A stretch of DNA of 64,000 nucleotides, taken from Amoebidium appalachense (Eukaryota > Protista > Ichthyosporea). The notes beneath the pieces were generated by a model. It searched no databases, had not been told where the DNA came from, and saw only the letters and a program-made list of their open reading frames with translations. Location: NCBI GenBank assembly GCA_963693365.1, contig CAVNZM010000009.1:4599146-4663145 (forward strand). Direction: 5' to 3'. The position numbers and the translations under genes are program-made. How positions within the stretch are numbered: position 1 is the stretch's first letter; each line of letters opens with the position of its first letter. Below, piece by piece: positions 46,780 through 62,356 of this stretch.

Positions 46780-48825
46780 CTACCTGTGATATCTAGTTAT
46801 AGCTCTAGTAAGTCTTGTGGACCTGATGGACTCCCTGCTGGGTTTCTTAAAATCCTTGTTCCCTCCTACCCACAAAAGGAAAGTGATCGTGCTATTAAAC
46901 CTGATCTTACTATCATGTTAAGCTCTCTCTTTTCTTGGTGTGTTAAATGTGGACATGTCCCGTCATCTTGGTTAGATACCTTAGTGATCCCCATAGTTAA
47001 GAAGGACTCTGAGGGCCCCATATCATCCTTTCGCCCCATTACACTAACCCAGGTTGTTCGTAGATTCTTTGAAGCTTGCTTACTTAGGTTATTTGCACAT
47101 CACCCTAGGTTTCAATCTATTCTTCACATACACCCATGCCAATCCGCTTTTCGTAAAAACAATTCATGTTATGTTCAAATAATGGCACTGCACGATTCTA
47201 TGCAAGTTGGTGCACAATATGTTGGCTTTATTGATTGGAAAACTGCTTACGATTCTGTCTCCCCTGGTCTCCTATGGGAAAAGCTTGCTGCACGGGGTGT
47301 ACCACACTGCATTGGTGTTCTGTTAGAAGCACTCTTGTCTCAAACCTATGGTAGAGCTGTGGTTAATGGGCATCTTTCATATGGTTTTGCTCGTACTAGA
47401 GGTCTCTTGCAGGGCTCATTGCTTAGCCCCTTTTTGTTTAACCTATTTATAGATGATTTGGCTGTCAAGATTTACGCCGAAAACGATGACCCTATTAATA
47501 ACTTTCCGCCTGCACTTCTCTATGCTGATGATCTGTCCCTCCTTGCCCGTACCCCTAGACGCCTGCAAAGATTGTTCGATGTAGTGTCAGAGTGGTGCAA
47601 GGCAAACCTTATGATCCTTAACATAGACAAATGTGGTGTTCTTGTACCTGATATAGCTAACAATTTACACACATTTACATTATCATCTAAACCTGTACCT
47701 ATAGTTCCAGAATACAAATATCTTGGTGTTCCGGTTGATTCTGTTGGTGTTATGTTTCCCCATATGGTCGAAAAGAGGGTAGAGTTGGCTCGTAAGCGGT
47801 TAGCTTTCTTCTCGGCTAATATTTTTAAAGACACACCCCTCCATCCTTCTATTAGACTTACATTTATTCGCACTTTTGTCTTCCCGGCATGTGAATATGG
47901 TTTACCCCTTCTCGCCGCTTGGATCAAGAAAGAGAGAACTAGAGCGCTTAAACCCTTGGCAAATTTCCTTGAAGCAGAAGTTGCCTCCTTTCTATCTAAC
48001 AACTGTTGTAAACCTGGGCCTGTAACGCTCTCGATATATGGTCTGGTCCCAATAGCTGCTAGAGTATCCTATCTCGCGCTGAAATTCAATAAGCACATAA
48101 GCCGCTTAAAGAAGTATTTGCCCTCCCACCCTCTCTTCTCTATCCGACCTGTCCCCTCCCTCACCTCTCCCCTCTTTCCTCCCCTCTCTCTCCCCTTCTC
48201 CCCTGGGCACAAATACAAATAAACCCCGCAATAGTGTGTGTGTGACTTTGGACTGCCACTTACTTATTAAACATGTACACAATCACAAGATAATCACGCA
48301 ATATAACAAATGGAAAAAGATACCAAACGACACTAGACCCGATGAAAGCATACACCTTGAAAAACTAAGCCTTATGTCTCGTTTTATATATACTGACCGC
48401 CTCAACCATATTGCCAAATATGGCACTCGCAAGTGTATAACACCTAAATACATATTACCTTCCTGTAGAACTGGTCTTTCTCTAGCTGATGGTATTATTG
48501 ATCAATTACCACGCTTTTACTGTACACGTGCTATACAGTGGAGATCTAATAAGTATAAGGTGGCATCATTTGCATGCCCAAACAACACACACACACACCA
48601 GTTTAACCGGTCATGTATCGCCAAATGTAGTTTGATAGACCACATAATACCGCAACACACACACGTCACATTCACAACAGACACCCAGAAAGATAGCCTA
48701 CCTGTAAATTACAACATCCTTGATTTTATACTAAACACGCGTAACTACGACCTGTTTATTAGATGTATTGATTGGCTTGAGAAACACATCACTACAAAAT
48801 TATAGCGCACGCGCACACACACACA

Positions 48826-48884
<59 letters not shown>

Positions 48885-48916
48885 CCAGCTGATACCGAGT
48901 GTCCCGAGGGGAGCCC

Positions 48917-48953
<37 letters not shown>
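46780..48953 (+). mobile_element. 5'-truncated LINE retrotransposon with RT, (CA)n 3' tract and poly-A tail
   Basis: KSCGPDG, FRPITL, QSAFR, FIDWKTAYD, GLLQGSLLSP, LLYADD, YKYLGV (frame 46762..48222); C-terminal part in 48236..48805 with Cys/His residues; A-tail 48921-48953. Confidence 0.92.
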
Positions 48954-48954
<1 letters not shown>

Positions 48955-49831
48955 GGGGAACCCCAACTAATTGATTTCTCCTTGTAGTCTTTATGGTGTC
49001 TCGTAGAGAAAGTAAACCCTGATATATAGTCACCACCCGACATCTATGTACGTGATCATGATATACCGCTGAGGGGATATTCCGAGCAAAACCCCCCCCC
49101 CCATACCTGAGACTGGTTCTCTTTGCCTCGAGTAAACAGCGTAAACCCCTTTACCTTTGCCCTTTTAGCCTTTTTATACCCTCGTGATGAGTGAATACCT
49201 CGATATCTTGTTGTTATCTAAAGTGAGAAATATAAAAGAGGAAAAGACTATTTTTGTCCTTTTTTGGTAAAATGACGCAAAGAAACAAACGCATGCTGAA
49301 AGCAACGAGGATTTCAGAATATTTCTGCTTTTGGCAGTGTCCTCCAATCAAATGAAGTCTTGCAACATCTCCAATAGGAACGCGGCACGTGACTCACTGT
49401 CTGAGCCAATTTGACAAAGCGGCAACATCTGGATTTCATAGACCAGGCTGCACAGGTTCAACTGCTCAGAGTCTCAGACTCTAAGGTTGTCTGTAGCCAG
49501 CGCAAGCACGTACAAAAAAGTCTAGCATCAGCCCGGATATAAGATAAGAATATTTATGTTTATGGTGGTGAGAGTACAACTTTGTTTTTCTAAACACATG
49601 ATCTAGGGCCGAGCCTGGGCGGCAGTGGGCCCCGATAACCCGCCGCTGAGAAAAGGGCAGCTTTCATAGAAGTGCCAAGCGTTCATCACATTGGTTTTAG
49701 ATCACACACGGCTCTGACCAGGCTAAATGAAAGTCAATCATTGGATGATTGTGTCAGGAATGCGTAATACTCACTAATCTTTAAGCTGCTTTCATCTGAT
49801 TCGCTGTAAGCCGAGAGCCTAGGCTTTGCAT

Positions 49832-49871
49832 TTTTGATTGGCTCACGCTTGTAAGCCGCGAGGTATATAAA
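49832..49871 (+). promoter_or_regulatory. CCAAT (reverse) + TATA promoter of the small protein gene
   Basis: TTTTGATTGGCTCA...AGGTATATAAA, then an AC-rich leader to ATG 50068; AATAAA at 50521. Confidence 0.65.
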
Positions 49872-50067
49872 TGCCCGAATCTCTCAGAAGTTCACAGTCA
49901 CAAAACCATCCTGCATTCCGAACACCGTCCGCTAACACAACAACAACCTAGTCAATTCAAGCCACACAGCAGCAACCCTACTTGGACAAAACAGCATATA
50001 AAAAAAGAAATCCCACCTAAATAGCACCATACTCATCATCCAACAACAAATAAACAACTAACTGAAT

Positions 50068-50340
50068 ATGGCCGCCATGACTGTTTCTGTTTTCGGCCGC
50101 AGTTTCTCCAACGCCCCCGCTGTGCAGCTGCAAAAGGCCACGGCCATGGCTGTGCCTGTGTGTGGCCGCACGTTTAGCAACATGCCCACAGACGACTGCG
50201 ACCTCTTCCCGGGGGTGTGGCGGGAGGCCTGCAACCACAAAGACGTGAATTCGAAGCAAGATATTGATGCGTGCCGGAGGCCGTCATATATGGACCTTAG
50301 CCCCTCATGCTGGAGGGCACGCATAAACGCCGCCGCCTAA
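50068..50340 (+). CDS. Small orphan protein (90 aa) with internal repeats
   Basis: VFGRSFSNAP / VCGRTFSNMP, DCDLFPGVWR, DLSPSCWRARIN; has promoter and poly(A) signal; paralog at 46403..46687. Confidence 0.82.
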   Translation: MAAMTVSVFGRSFSNAPAVQLQKATAMAVPVCGRTFSNMPTDDCDLFPGVWREACNHKDVNSKQDIDACRRPSYMDLSPSCWRARINAAA

Positions 50341-50659
50341 CATTAATATATTGGCTGTTAGACCAAGGCGAATGGATGGCGAGCATGGTCGAATGAATGA
50401 TCCTGAAAAGGCCTTGTATGTTGTATTTCCGTATTTTGATGATGAGCAAGATTGAACGTTTACCCTGTTAAATGCTATTCCGTCTGTGACACAACAAAAT
50501 AATGGTTTTTCTTTTTTTTCAATAAAGTCGTGATTAATGTACTTGGTCTAACCAAGAGCAAACTGGCATTCGATCATCGTGTTGCTCTAGCTTTGGTGCC
50601 ACAAATGTGCGCGCGCACACACATGTGATACACATGTGCAACACGCACACACGCACACG

Positions 50660-50705
<46 letters not shown>

Positions 50706-50778
50706 GTGGCACAGCGCACACACCCGCACGCACGCACACACGCACACCAAACACACGCACACACACATACGGTATGCA

Positions 50779-50842
<64 letters not shown>

Positions 50843-50855
50843 CACACACACACAT

Positions 50856-50924
<69 letters not shown>

Positions 50925-51117
50925 CACACACGCAAGTATGCACATACGAGTACGCGTGCGCACACGCAGGTGTTCCAGACCGACAATAGCATGCACCCAA
51001 ACAACACAAACGTGTGCATGTATGCACAAGCACGCATCAGTGTATTGGTCAGTATATGCACACCAGCACACGTGTACACACGCACGCGCAAGCGCACACA
51101 CGCACACACACGCGCGC

Positions 51118-51167
<50 letters not shown>

Positions 51168-51309
51168 CATGCAAACACACACCGTAGCACGCCGCATGTA
51201 CACTATATACACACACAAACACATGCGGCACGCGCCCACGCAAATCTTAACACGCAAACACACACTGTGTGTTTGGCATGCCGCATGTGTACACACACAG
51301 TCACACACA

Positions 51310-51360
<51 letters not shown>

Positions 51361-51892
51361 GCACACTCAGTGTGTGGCACACAGGCAACGCGCAACCACA
51401 CCGTACTGGCATACACACATGGCCGCACTGCCCACAAACACAAACGTACGACACGAATGTGCACGAAGGCACACACGATCGATTGCACACTGACAGATAC
51501 AGACCCCCCCCCCCCCCCCCCCCCCCTCCCCCCCCCCACCACCCTCCCTCATCCCTCCCCCTACTCCACCCCCTCCCCCCACCCCCCTGCCTCCTCCCCC
51601 CACCCATACACACAGTGTCGCACACACAAATACTCTGATGCAGCGTACCATGACACACAAACACACACGCACACACACAGACACACGCTCTCCATGGCGG
51701 CATGATTATAATAATGCACTTGCATGCATGCACGTACGCAGGCAGGCAGGCAGGCAGGCAGGCAGGCACACACACGCGTACGCACACCAGTCACATGCAC
51801 ACATATTCACACGAACGGGTACACAGGGTATCAAACGGCGTGTCAACCTGTTTTCATGCAGCCTAAGTGCGTGTGTATGCATATGTCGCTTT

Positions 51893-51971
<79 letters not shown>

Positions 51972-52241
51972 AAAACACCTCCCACTGTACCCAGGAAGAG
52001 GCCCTACAGGGGCAGGTTCTGCGCACGTGCACGTGAGTATATAGATATCACATTGCGACCTAGATCAAAAATTTTGATTTGCCGAATTTCTGGTGCCTGA
52101 AACAACATGAAAGTATAGATGCTGGCTTCGATACCTTTTCCCCTTTTTCACGCATGCCAACCCCGGAGGCTGTGTACACGTGGACGTGGGCACCGTGGAA
52201 CGGAGGAGCAACGGAATGAACATGTCTGGGTGCCCCCCTCG

Positions 52242-52273
<32 letters not shown>

Positions 52274-52959
52274 ACCCACCCACCCACCCCCCACCCCCAC
52301 CCACTCACCCACCCACCCACCCACCCACCCACACACACACGGGGGGCGCCCGGTGCACCCCTTCCCCGGTGGTTGAATGTTGAAACCTAAATCCCTCCAG
52401 CAAAGATTGGAAGAGAAAACGTAGAGACGAAAACGGGGTGAGTGGGGGGGGGGGGGAGGTTCATATGATTGGGCGTGCCCACACACAGTATGTGCTGATG
52501 CACACCATGACCAAACACATGTACACAACTCGGGTTCGGTGTAATTGAGACCTCGAGACTGTGTGCATTCAACCGGAAACAACGTAACTGTAGCCTTAGG
52601 TCTAAGCCGCCATCTTTTGGGGTGCTCATATCATAATTTACGCTATATAGATGTAAGTGCACAAAGCCGACATCGCTGAGCGTGCAATTGAACGGGTTGC
52701 CGTTATTGTGCGGGATTTCTTTTACTTGGGATCTGGGTCGGGTAAGACCCAATATTTGCTTACGATTTATGATTGCCGAGGTGCACATTCAAGGAGCATT
52801 TTATGACCTGACCCGAAAGTACATATATCTGCCAAAAAGAAACCCACTTTATGTCATTTCCTTTCAAATACAATACTACGGCTGCATATGTGCAATACGG
52901 AATAGCAACTGGCATACATCGATTATTCTCGGCATAGCAACTTGAATCAGCTGCAGCAT

Positions 52960-53420
52960 TATTGGAACAACGAGATCATGATGCAATAGATAACTATGAT
53001 CACCGAAATAATAATGTGCTTCAGCGTGATCGGAAAGTCAATATCAAGGTGCGACAACAGTATTGAATCGTTATTCAATAACAGCATCTACAATTGAATA
53101 CTCAGGGTGTAACAACATTATAAGAAAACTTAAAAACAACGTGTGTCGACATTTATCACAAACTTTAACGTGGAACGTATCTAAATTATCGGAAATCCAA
53201 GAAAGTGTATCAACAATATATCAACATTAAAGTTCAATAACAACTTGCATCAACATTACAAAATCGGATATTTGATGAGAACGTGCCCACTAGCAAAACA
53301 ACGTGCGCCAACATTATATCAATTGGAATAACAACAAATTGCATCAACAATACCGAGATTAGAAAACAACGTGCACAAAAACCAACGGAAATTCAGCAAC
53401 GTGCAACGTACATCTACTTG
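52960..53420 (+). repeat. Degenerate AT-rich minisatellite
   Basis: Recurrent AAAACAACGTG and CAACATTA motifs. Confidence 0.55.
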
Positions 53421-53637
53421 CACACAAAAGGCATATGCATAACCAAATAACCAAGATGATGCTATGACTGCCATAGCTTGTACAGGCTGGTTGGCCTCAC
53501 AACTTTTGTTATACACAATGCATGCATTACTAATACCAACCAGCATATTTTTATGAGTTTTTTCATAGCTAATGGCCCCCCCCCCCCCCCCCCCCTCCCT
53601 CCTCCCTCACCTCCCCTCCCCTCCCCACCACTACCAC

Positions 53638-53674
<37 letters not shown>

Positions 53675-53761
53675 AACAAACAAACAAAAGGCCCAAATAC
53701 ATGCATCATATCTTTCACGGTATGAAACGTTTTACTTCGTACTGCATAAAAGATTCTGCAA

Positions 53762-53795
<34 letters not shown>

Positions 53796-53913
53796 CCCCC
53801 CCTCTCCCCCCCTCCCAACACACCCACACCCACACCCAAACCCACCCACCCACCCACCCACCCACCCACACACATGCTTTCCGCCCCCCCCACCCCCACC
53901 CCAACCCCCCGAA

Positions 53914-54034
<121 letters not shown>

Positions 54035-54073
54035 CGCGTGTGTGTGCTTGTGTGCGTGCATGTGTGTCATACG

Positions 54074-54115
<42 letters not shown>

Positions 54116-54370
54116 GGGCTTCAAATAACGAATTACTAAAAACATAAATCATTACAAGTCATAAAATAAAATGAAAAACTTTGCATAAACAAACCAGGTG
54201 GTGCATGGGCTTCCAAAACAAATAAACAAAAATATAAAAACCATAAATATGATCATAATGAAACGACTAAACTTTGCATAAACAAGCACGAGGGCCTCCA
54301 AAAACAAACAAACTCTCAAAAACGAATAAGCTCTTCTAAACTCTTTATTCCTCCTCCTATTTTTTTTCCA

Positions 54371-54409
<39 letters not shown>

Positions 54410-55362
54410 GGGGGGGGGGGGGGGGGGGGGGGGAAAGAAAAAAAAAAAAGAGGAAACAAAACAGAACTAACGCAGAAACAACAAGCTTAATCAAGAACCT
54501 CGAGACCTTCGGACCACGGACATTGTCAGGCAGGCAATTTGCTTCAGACCAGCTACAAACCCCTTGATACTTCAACCATTATGTTCAAACTAACGGCTGG
54601 AGTGCACACAGTCAAGCACTTCCAATAGACAGAACGCAAACCTCGTTTCATGGGTTGATTACGCGGCCTGATGCCTGTTCAGTCTCCCTTGTGGTGTTTG
54701 CTGGGCGGCAGCTGGGTGTCATCTGATGCTCGCTTTGTGTGGCCCCCAGGCTGGTCCTGGACAGGAAAACCTCCGCTGACCTGCAAAGTTTAGCCCGGTG
54801 TGAGAATGCAGCCCACACATGCACATAGGGGCATATTGCTATATGTACACGTGCTACCAGCTGGATATGCACCCCATTCACTGTAAGTGTTCTAGCTACC
54901 AACACATGGCCCACACATAGCTTGGACTTGTTTGGTATTGACTTGTCACTGTTTGCACACGTTCTATTCTCTGCTGTAAACGTTTGCAGACTTGCACCCC
55001 TTGCCCCCATTCCATCGAACAGCTAACCGGTAGCAAAAAACCATCCACCACTTGAACAACAACCGTGTTTCACTGGCGCAGCCAGGACGGAAACAAAACG
55101 GTTACCCATTGGATTTTAAAGGAAATAAAGAAAGAAACATCACATCAGATAGAGTGCCAGAGGGAGAGAGAATACAGATAGTGTCATATAATGCAAGGCA
55201 ATGTCGTACCGTGTCTGCAATATCATCGGTTGTAGTCTCGAAGGGCACACTCTCATCTTCCAGTGATGTATCAGTCTCGGTGCCCAAAGACTGCTGAGGG
55301 GACAATTGTGTGTGTGTGTGTGTGTGCGCGTGTGTGTGCGTATGCGCCCGCGCGTGTGTGTT

Positions 55363-55482
<120 letters not shown>

Positions 55483-56254
55483 ATGCATGTGCGTGTGATT
55501 GCACGTGCGACGGGGGAGGAAGATGGGCAATATCTGCATCAGTGGGAGGAGAAAAACAAAAGGGACCCCCCCCCCCCTCCCCCCGCTTCTCCCCACCCCC
55601 CCCCCCGGGGGGGGGGGGGGGGGGAGGGGGGGGGAGCTAGACAAAAGATGCGCAGAAAAAGAAGCTTGCAGGCTATCTTCATGCTTCCTTGCTTCCTTCC
55701 TTGCTTCCACCGCTGGGAGCCGGGGTGAGGGGGAGGGGAGGGGGGGGGGGGGGGGGGGGGGGAGGAGGAATTATAATGTGTGATATAGTACAAACTTGAA
55801 CCACAAGCTACGAGGGTGTGAGGCATGAGAGCACATGTGTGTGTGCAAAAACGCGCATATGTGCGGGCATGCAGGCACGCAGGCACGTGCGCACCCACGC
55901 ACCTAGGCACACACACGTCCTTTGAAAGGCTTTGGCTCGGTTTACAACCAAAAGAACCATGGTCAATACCAATGCTTGCTAATACTTACTCAATCCCAAA
56001 AGATAACCAGATATAGAATTGTACATACAACAGAAAAGAACTCCAGCAAAAAAAAAACAAAAAAAAAAAAACAAAAAAAAACAAAACAAGAGAAGTCATG
56101 CTGACAGAAAAAAGGATAACATCTGCTTGCCAATTTTCGGCCCGCTTATACGAACACTTGATTCGGCAGAATGCTCTGGGGGGGGAAATGGGAAAAGCTG
56201 TTGAAAGTAGGTGGTGATTGCGCAGATCGTAGTAATGGTGGTGGTGGTGGTGGT

Positions 56255-56322
<68 letters not shown>

Positions 56323-56799
56323 GGAGGTTAGAACAACAGTACACGATGCGGAGACCACACGTAGCAAACGTGCAAGATAAGCAACAAGAAGACTCAGCAG
56401 CAGCCAGAGGTTGGACGGCAGGGAGAACGGGCGGGGCCGGGGAGGGGAGGGGGGGGGGGGGGGGGGGGGGGGGACTAACCAGGGCCTCCATTTCAGTGCG
56501 TCTTTTGTTCAATTGCATAATTTCCCTTTTCATGCCAACAACACACTGATGAACGAAGAGGCTGCAGGACGGCACCTGAAGAAGAATCATTGTTACAACA
56601 GTAAGTACACGGGTAGGCCCAATTAGAACAACGTGGGATTCACCTGCAGCCAGCAAGAGCCCTATTTCTAGGTGCTAAACCCCACTATTCCACAAGGACA
56701 CAAGGCAATAATCTTAATTCAGTATGCTGTGAAGGCTATCCACTTAGAATCTTTAACTTTATTTCGCTCTAGCACTAAAATTATACTCTCGGAAATTAT

Positions 56800-57336
56800 T
56801 TACCAAGAAGCACTGAGCTATGAGAAAATTGGTTGACTTTCCTCTGTGCTTCAACCGTCGTGGATAACACTGGTAAACAACTCACCCCCTTTGGCAGTGT
56901 CCAGTCAGGCGTAGTCAAGAACAGACGTCACCTGCCTCCGCTCACCGCTTGCCTCCAGGTGCATCAACCGAAGACTCTGCGTACTCTCAAGCATCTCACT
57001 TGTGTTTTCCATCTTACCACTCTGAAGCGAGCTCACAAACAGCGGGAACTCGTTCTCGAACGCCAGGTTGAAGTTTGGGTGGGTTCCGTAGAACATCTAA
57101 ATTCCTTCGTTGAGTAGCTTCATAGCATAGTAATTACCAACCAAAAGTGGTTCTTCATCACCAAGAAAAGCAACCAGGTAGACGTGTTGGTGATCCTCAG
57201 TTTCAGGGTCCAGTTGGAAGTAGGGTTGCGCCTCAAAACAGCTTGGACACATTTCTGAATGGGGTCTTGGATTTTTGCCTTTTAAATGTCGCCTAATGTC
57301 ACTCTTGGCATCTTCGAGAGTCAGGCTTACCCCCAT
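56800..57336 (-). pseudogene. Decayed coding sequence of unknown family
   Basis: One reading frame (MGVSLTLEDAK...NEGI*MFYGTHP...LDYA*LDTAKGG...) interrupted only by point stops. Confidence 0.45.
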
Positions 57337-57393
57337 TGTGTACGCGCGCGCGCGTGTGTGTGTGTGTGTGTGTGAGTACGTGTGTGGTTTGTG

Positions 57394-57469
<76 letters not shown>

Positions 57470-57527
57470 AGTGTGTGTGTGTGTTTGTGTGTGTGAGTAC
57501 GTGTGTGGTGTGTGTCTGTGTGTGTAC

Positions 57528-57633
<106 letters not shown>

Positions 57634-57759
57634 TGTGTGCATGTGTGCATGTGTGCATGTGTGCATGTGTGCATGTGTGTATGTCTGGGTGGTGCGCCAC
57701 GGTATGTCACAGTACCACGTGCCGCTGGTGACATGAGTGTGTGTGTGTATGTATGTGCA

Positions 57760-57810
<51 letters not shown>

Positions 57811-57821
57811 ACGTGTGTGTA

Positions 57822-57852
<31 letters not shown>

Positions 57853-57853
57853 A

Positions 57854-57902
<49 letters not shown>

Positions 57903-57939
57903 ACGTGTGTGTATGTGTGTGTGTGAGTGTGTGTGTGTA

Positions 57940-57971
<32 letters not shown>

Positions 57972-58913
57972 TGTGTGTGTGTGACGTGTGTTTGTGTGTG
58001 TGTGATGGACACTTTGTGTTTGTGTGACACTTTGTGTTTGTGTGTGCAACGCGCGCGCGTGTGTACACACCATGAGTCAACATGTGCCGTGTGTGCGTGT
58101 GTGCGTCACGGTGTGCGTGTGTGCATGAGTGTGTATCACAGTGAAGACCTGTGTGATACACACAGATTTACACATGTACACCACACTATACAAACACCCA
58201 GTGACAACTGAACACAAGATCCACATGTACACACAGATCACACATTTCTGAACAGAAAGGTGCATAGGTGAGTATTGATTATGGCACGGTGTCTGGGCAC
58301 CTAGGGCCCATTAAAATAAACCGTTACATTCTTTCTTAGCCTGTACTCTCACACACACATGTACAGCGCGCGCACGCGCTAAGACACACACCGTGACGGC
58401 AACAACACATGTGTACACATGTACACGCATCATTACACACACATATACACGCTGACACATTTTTCAAGTAATTGCGTACAGCTGCAGGGAAGCCACAGCC
58501 CTCCCTCCCCCCCCCCCCCCCCCCCCCTCTCCCCCCCCTCCTCCTCCTCCCCCGGTATCTTATTTCAGGCCCCCCCAGTCTCAGCGGCGGTAGCTCCTTG
58601 AATCTTATTTTTTGCAAAGAATCTAGTACTAATAATCTTGAAGGTGAATTACTCTCTTATTGACCCCCGTAATACGTAGTAGTGCCTTTTAAATTAGTAA
58701 TTTGTCAAGATATATAGAATCCCCCCGGGACCAACGTTGCTAACTTAATTTCTGATAATAATATTAATTAGTGATCTCCGCAGTACATTTTTAATACTCC
58801 TCAAAGTTTTTAAGCTCCACGTTATAATGTTGTTAATCCTCGTCAAAATGCTCAGAATCATATCTTGACAGAACTTCCTGGTACATTATAACAGACACTT
58901 TACCCCCCCCCCC

Positions 58914-58948
<35 letters not shown>

Positions 58949-59000
58949 AAACACACACACAGCACACGTGCACACACACCCCTGCCTCTACTGTTGCAAG

Positions 59001-59037
<37 letters not shown>

Positions 59038-59568
59038 ATATCCCCTTGGGGGCCCCCGCCCAGGCCCCCCCCCAGCACCTTCAACTACTTTTACAACACA
59101 CCGGGCCTCCTCCTGCTGTAACATCCACACGTGACACACCCACATACGCGCGGCGCACACACATACACACACCCACAATCTTGTGGGTGTGTGTATGTGT
59201 GTGTTTTTGGGAAGGCAGGGCCGGGGGAGGGGGGGGATGGGAGGGGAGGGGGAGGGGATCAGGGAGGAGGGGTCATATCGGCTGAGAATACACAGGCTTT
59301 GAAAAAAAAGGCATCAATTACAAGGGTGAGGGTGTTGTGTGCTTGCACTTGTGTTTGCCAGGGCGTGTGCATGTGTGTGTGCGCGCGCGTGCGTGCCGGG
59401 CGGGGGGGGGGGGGGGGGGGCAGCAGGACTGTGGCACGAAACGGTCTTTTGATCACATTTTTATTCAAATATCTTGAAGACGAATGATGGCCGTAGGAAA
59501 CAGCTCTGTAGGATGGGATGGTAGATGGACTAGAAATCAGAAATCGAACAGAGTGGCCGTGGTTGTGT

Positions 59569-59628
<60 letters not shown>

Positions 59629-59765
59629 GGAGAGGGGGGGGGGGGGGGAGGGGGGGGGGAGGGAGGGGGGGGGATAGAAAGAAACGAAGGTCGGGAGGTC
59701 TGGAGGACACATACAGAGGGAAGGAGGGAAGGGTTGGGGGTGTCGGTGGGGGAGGGGGGGGAAGG

Positions 59766-59801
<36 letters not shown>

Positions 59802-59806
59802 GAGAT

Positions 59807-59863
<57 letters not shown>

Positions 59864-60929
59864 AGAGAGTGAGAGAGAGAAAGAGAGAGAGAGAAAAGAG
59901 AAACGAGGAAGAGAGAGAGAAAAGAGAAGGGAAGAGAAAGAGCACACACAAACACGAAGCTTAAACGCTATCAGACACAAACTACACTTGCCATGCATCT
60001 ACGTGTACATATGCACAGCAACACAGCCTCAGATGTGGGGCCCTGGCCTGCTTCACTCGACCTATCTAGATCTCATCAATGTGACTTTATATACATCCAA
60101 TTCTGCCTTCATCGACATCCTGTGGTGGTTTTCGCGTAGGTTGGGGCCCTGGACAGCGGCCTAACACTTGTTGTATGGCTTGCCTCCCAACGAAAGTTCA
60201 CTGCCACTATCCGCCATCATCCCATCAGTCACTGTTCAGTCACCACTGCTTCCATCTAACTTCCATCATCAAGTCTCCAAGTCATCAGTGGGGACACAAG
60301 TATGACCAGCAGTGGGGACTTTGGTGTGTTTATTTTGTTTTCTGGAGTTTCATCGGCGGGGTTTTCACCCAACTCGTCCGGATTTTCACCCATTGTGGAC
60401 TTTGTTGTGGACTTTGTTTGTTGGGTTTTCTTCTTCAAGTGGTCCGTGAATGTGTTCTTCTTCAGGTCATCGACACCAGTGGGGACTTTGTTGATGCCTT
60501 GAGTTTTATTTGCTTATGAGTGGGTGTTTCCCTCATAATGCCACGGACTCAGAATTTCACTTGCTTGTACAACACACGTACATGTGCTAGCCACACGTGC
60601 GGAAGCTGGTTGACTCCCAGCCTAAACTAGAGTCAATGCACAGTTTCCCCGGGTGGCTCCCGTAAGTCTATATGACATAAATATCTTTATAACTGAAACT
60701 ATTCGACAAGTATCATCACCACCACCACCACCACCACAGAACTGTCCTCTGACTCACCACCAGTTAAATAACGGTGTGGACTACGTATACCGTCGTGTGA
60801 GTCTGCAGTCTTAATTCTAACTACCGTCGTTGTGAGCCTTCGTCGTTTTACTATCATCAAGAATTTTCTGGACCTGGATTATCTGGAGGTTTCTACTTCG
60901 GTTTTAATTTGGTTTTCTGTATTGTGTTT

Positions 60930-60966
<37 letters not shown>

Positions 60967-61160
60967 CCCCGTTTATGTCTTTGACTGTTTCGTTGTGTCC
61001 TTGAGTGGGGAAATTTTGCACTGGTTATGACGTCCTTGCTTTGTGTGTGGATTTTGTGCAAGAACACCAGCTTCACTAGTCATGAGTGAGTGTTGCTGTG
61101 TGTAGTTTCACATAGATACATGACGAGTGAAGTCTGTGTTCTAGCTGTCTGTGTGTGTAC

Positions 61161-61202
<42 letters not shown>

Positions 61203-61607
61203 TGTGTGTGTGTACACGGGTGCTAGACCCGTGTGCACAGCCCCGGCCATCCTGGCCATATCGGTTGCAAGTGTGTTCTCTCTAGGTTGTGTTCCGTCAC
61301 ACCACTCTGTTAGGAACCAACTCAGTTATACAAAATAACCCCCCCCCCCCCCCCCCCCCCCCTCCCCCCGCCCCCCCCCCCCACACACACCCATTCAACA
61401 CACACACCCCACTCATCAACCCACCCACCCACCCACCCACCCACCCACCCACCCACACGCAGGCACGCACGTACACATGCACACACATTCCAAAAAAAAA
61501 AAAAAAAAAAAAAAGTATGAAAGGAAGGAAGAAAGAAAGAAAGGAAGGAAGAAAGACGGAAAGTGAGAAACAAACAAAGAACGAAGAGAGAAAAGGTTCA
61601 TTCAAGC

Positions 61608-61680
<73 letters not shown>

Positions 61681-61942
61681 ACACACACAATCGTTATCGA
61701 AAGCCACGCAAGTATTTTTGGTGTGCACATGGCAACGGGCTTCAGCGGTACATTGCACACAGTGCAAGCATCATGACCGATTCTTTGATGTACCTACATA
61801 CAAGTGGGCTGGACTGGCAGTCAAAAGAACTAAAGAAACAGGGAGAAAAGCAGGCACATAACCCTTGCATGGAGGAAAGTGAAAATTGAAAAGCCCGAAC
61901 AATAATCAACAGCAACCCGAAACTATGGTGTGCGTGTGTGTG

Positions 61943-62062
<120 letters not shown>

Positions 62063-62308
62063 TGTGTGCATATTTTGCGTGCAAGTACGTGTGAATCTTC
62101 AGAAAAAGGACACGGAGAAGGCATAGCGTGCTTGTAGCATGCACCCATTGATCATAATCCATTCACTGCGTGATGAAGGAAGATAAACAAAGGGGAAAAA
62201 AAAGGTCCTTTCTGAAGGCATTATATATGTTCACAACTGTCCACCAGATCTTGGGGATGCTGTTGGCTTCCTTAAAAAATACAAAAAACCCCAGTGTGCA
62301 CCACGCCC

Positions 62309-62356
<48 letters not shown>

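Noticed and set aside
46740-48975. Target-site duplication around the LINE
   Set aside because: No matching direct repeat found by eye at the two ends.
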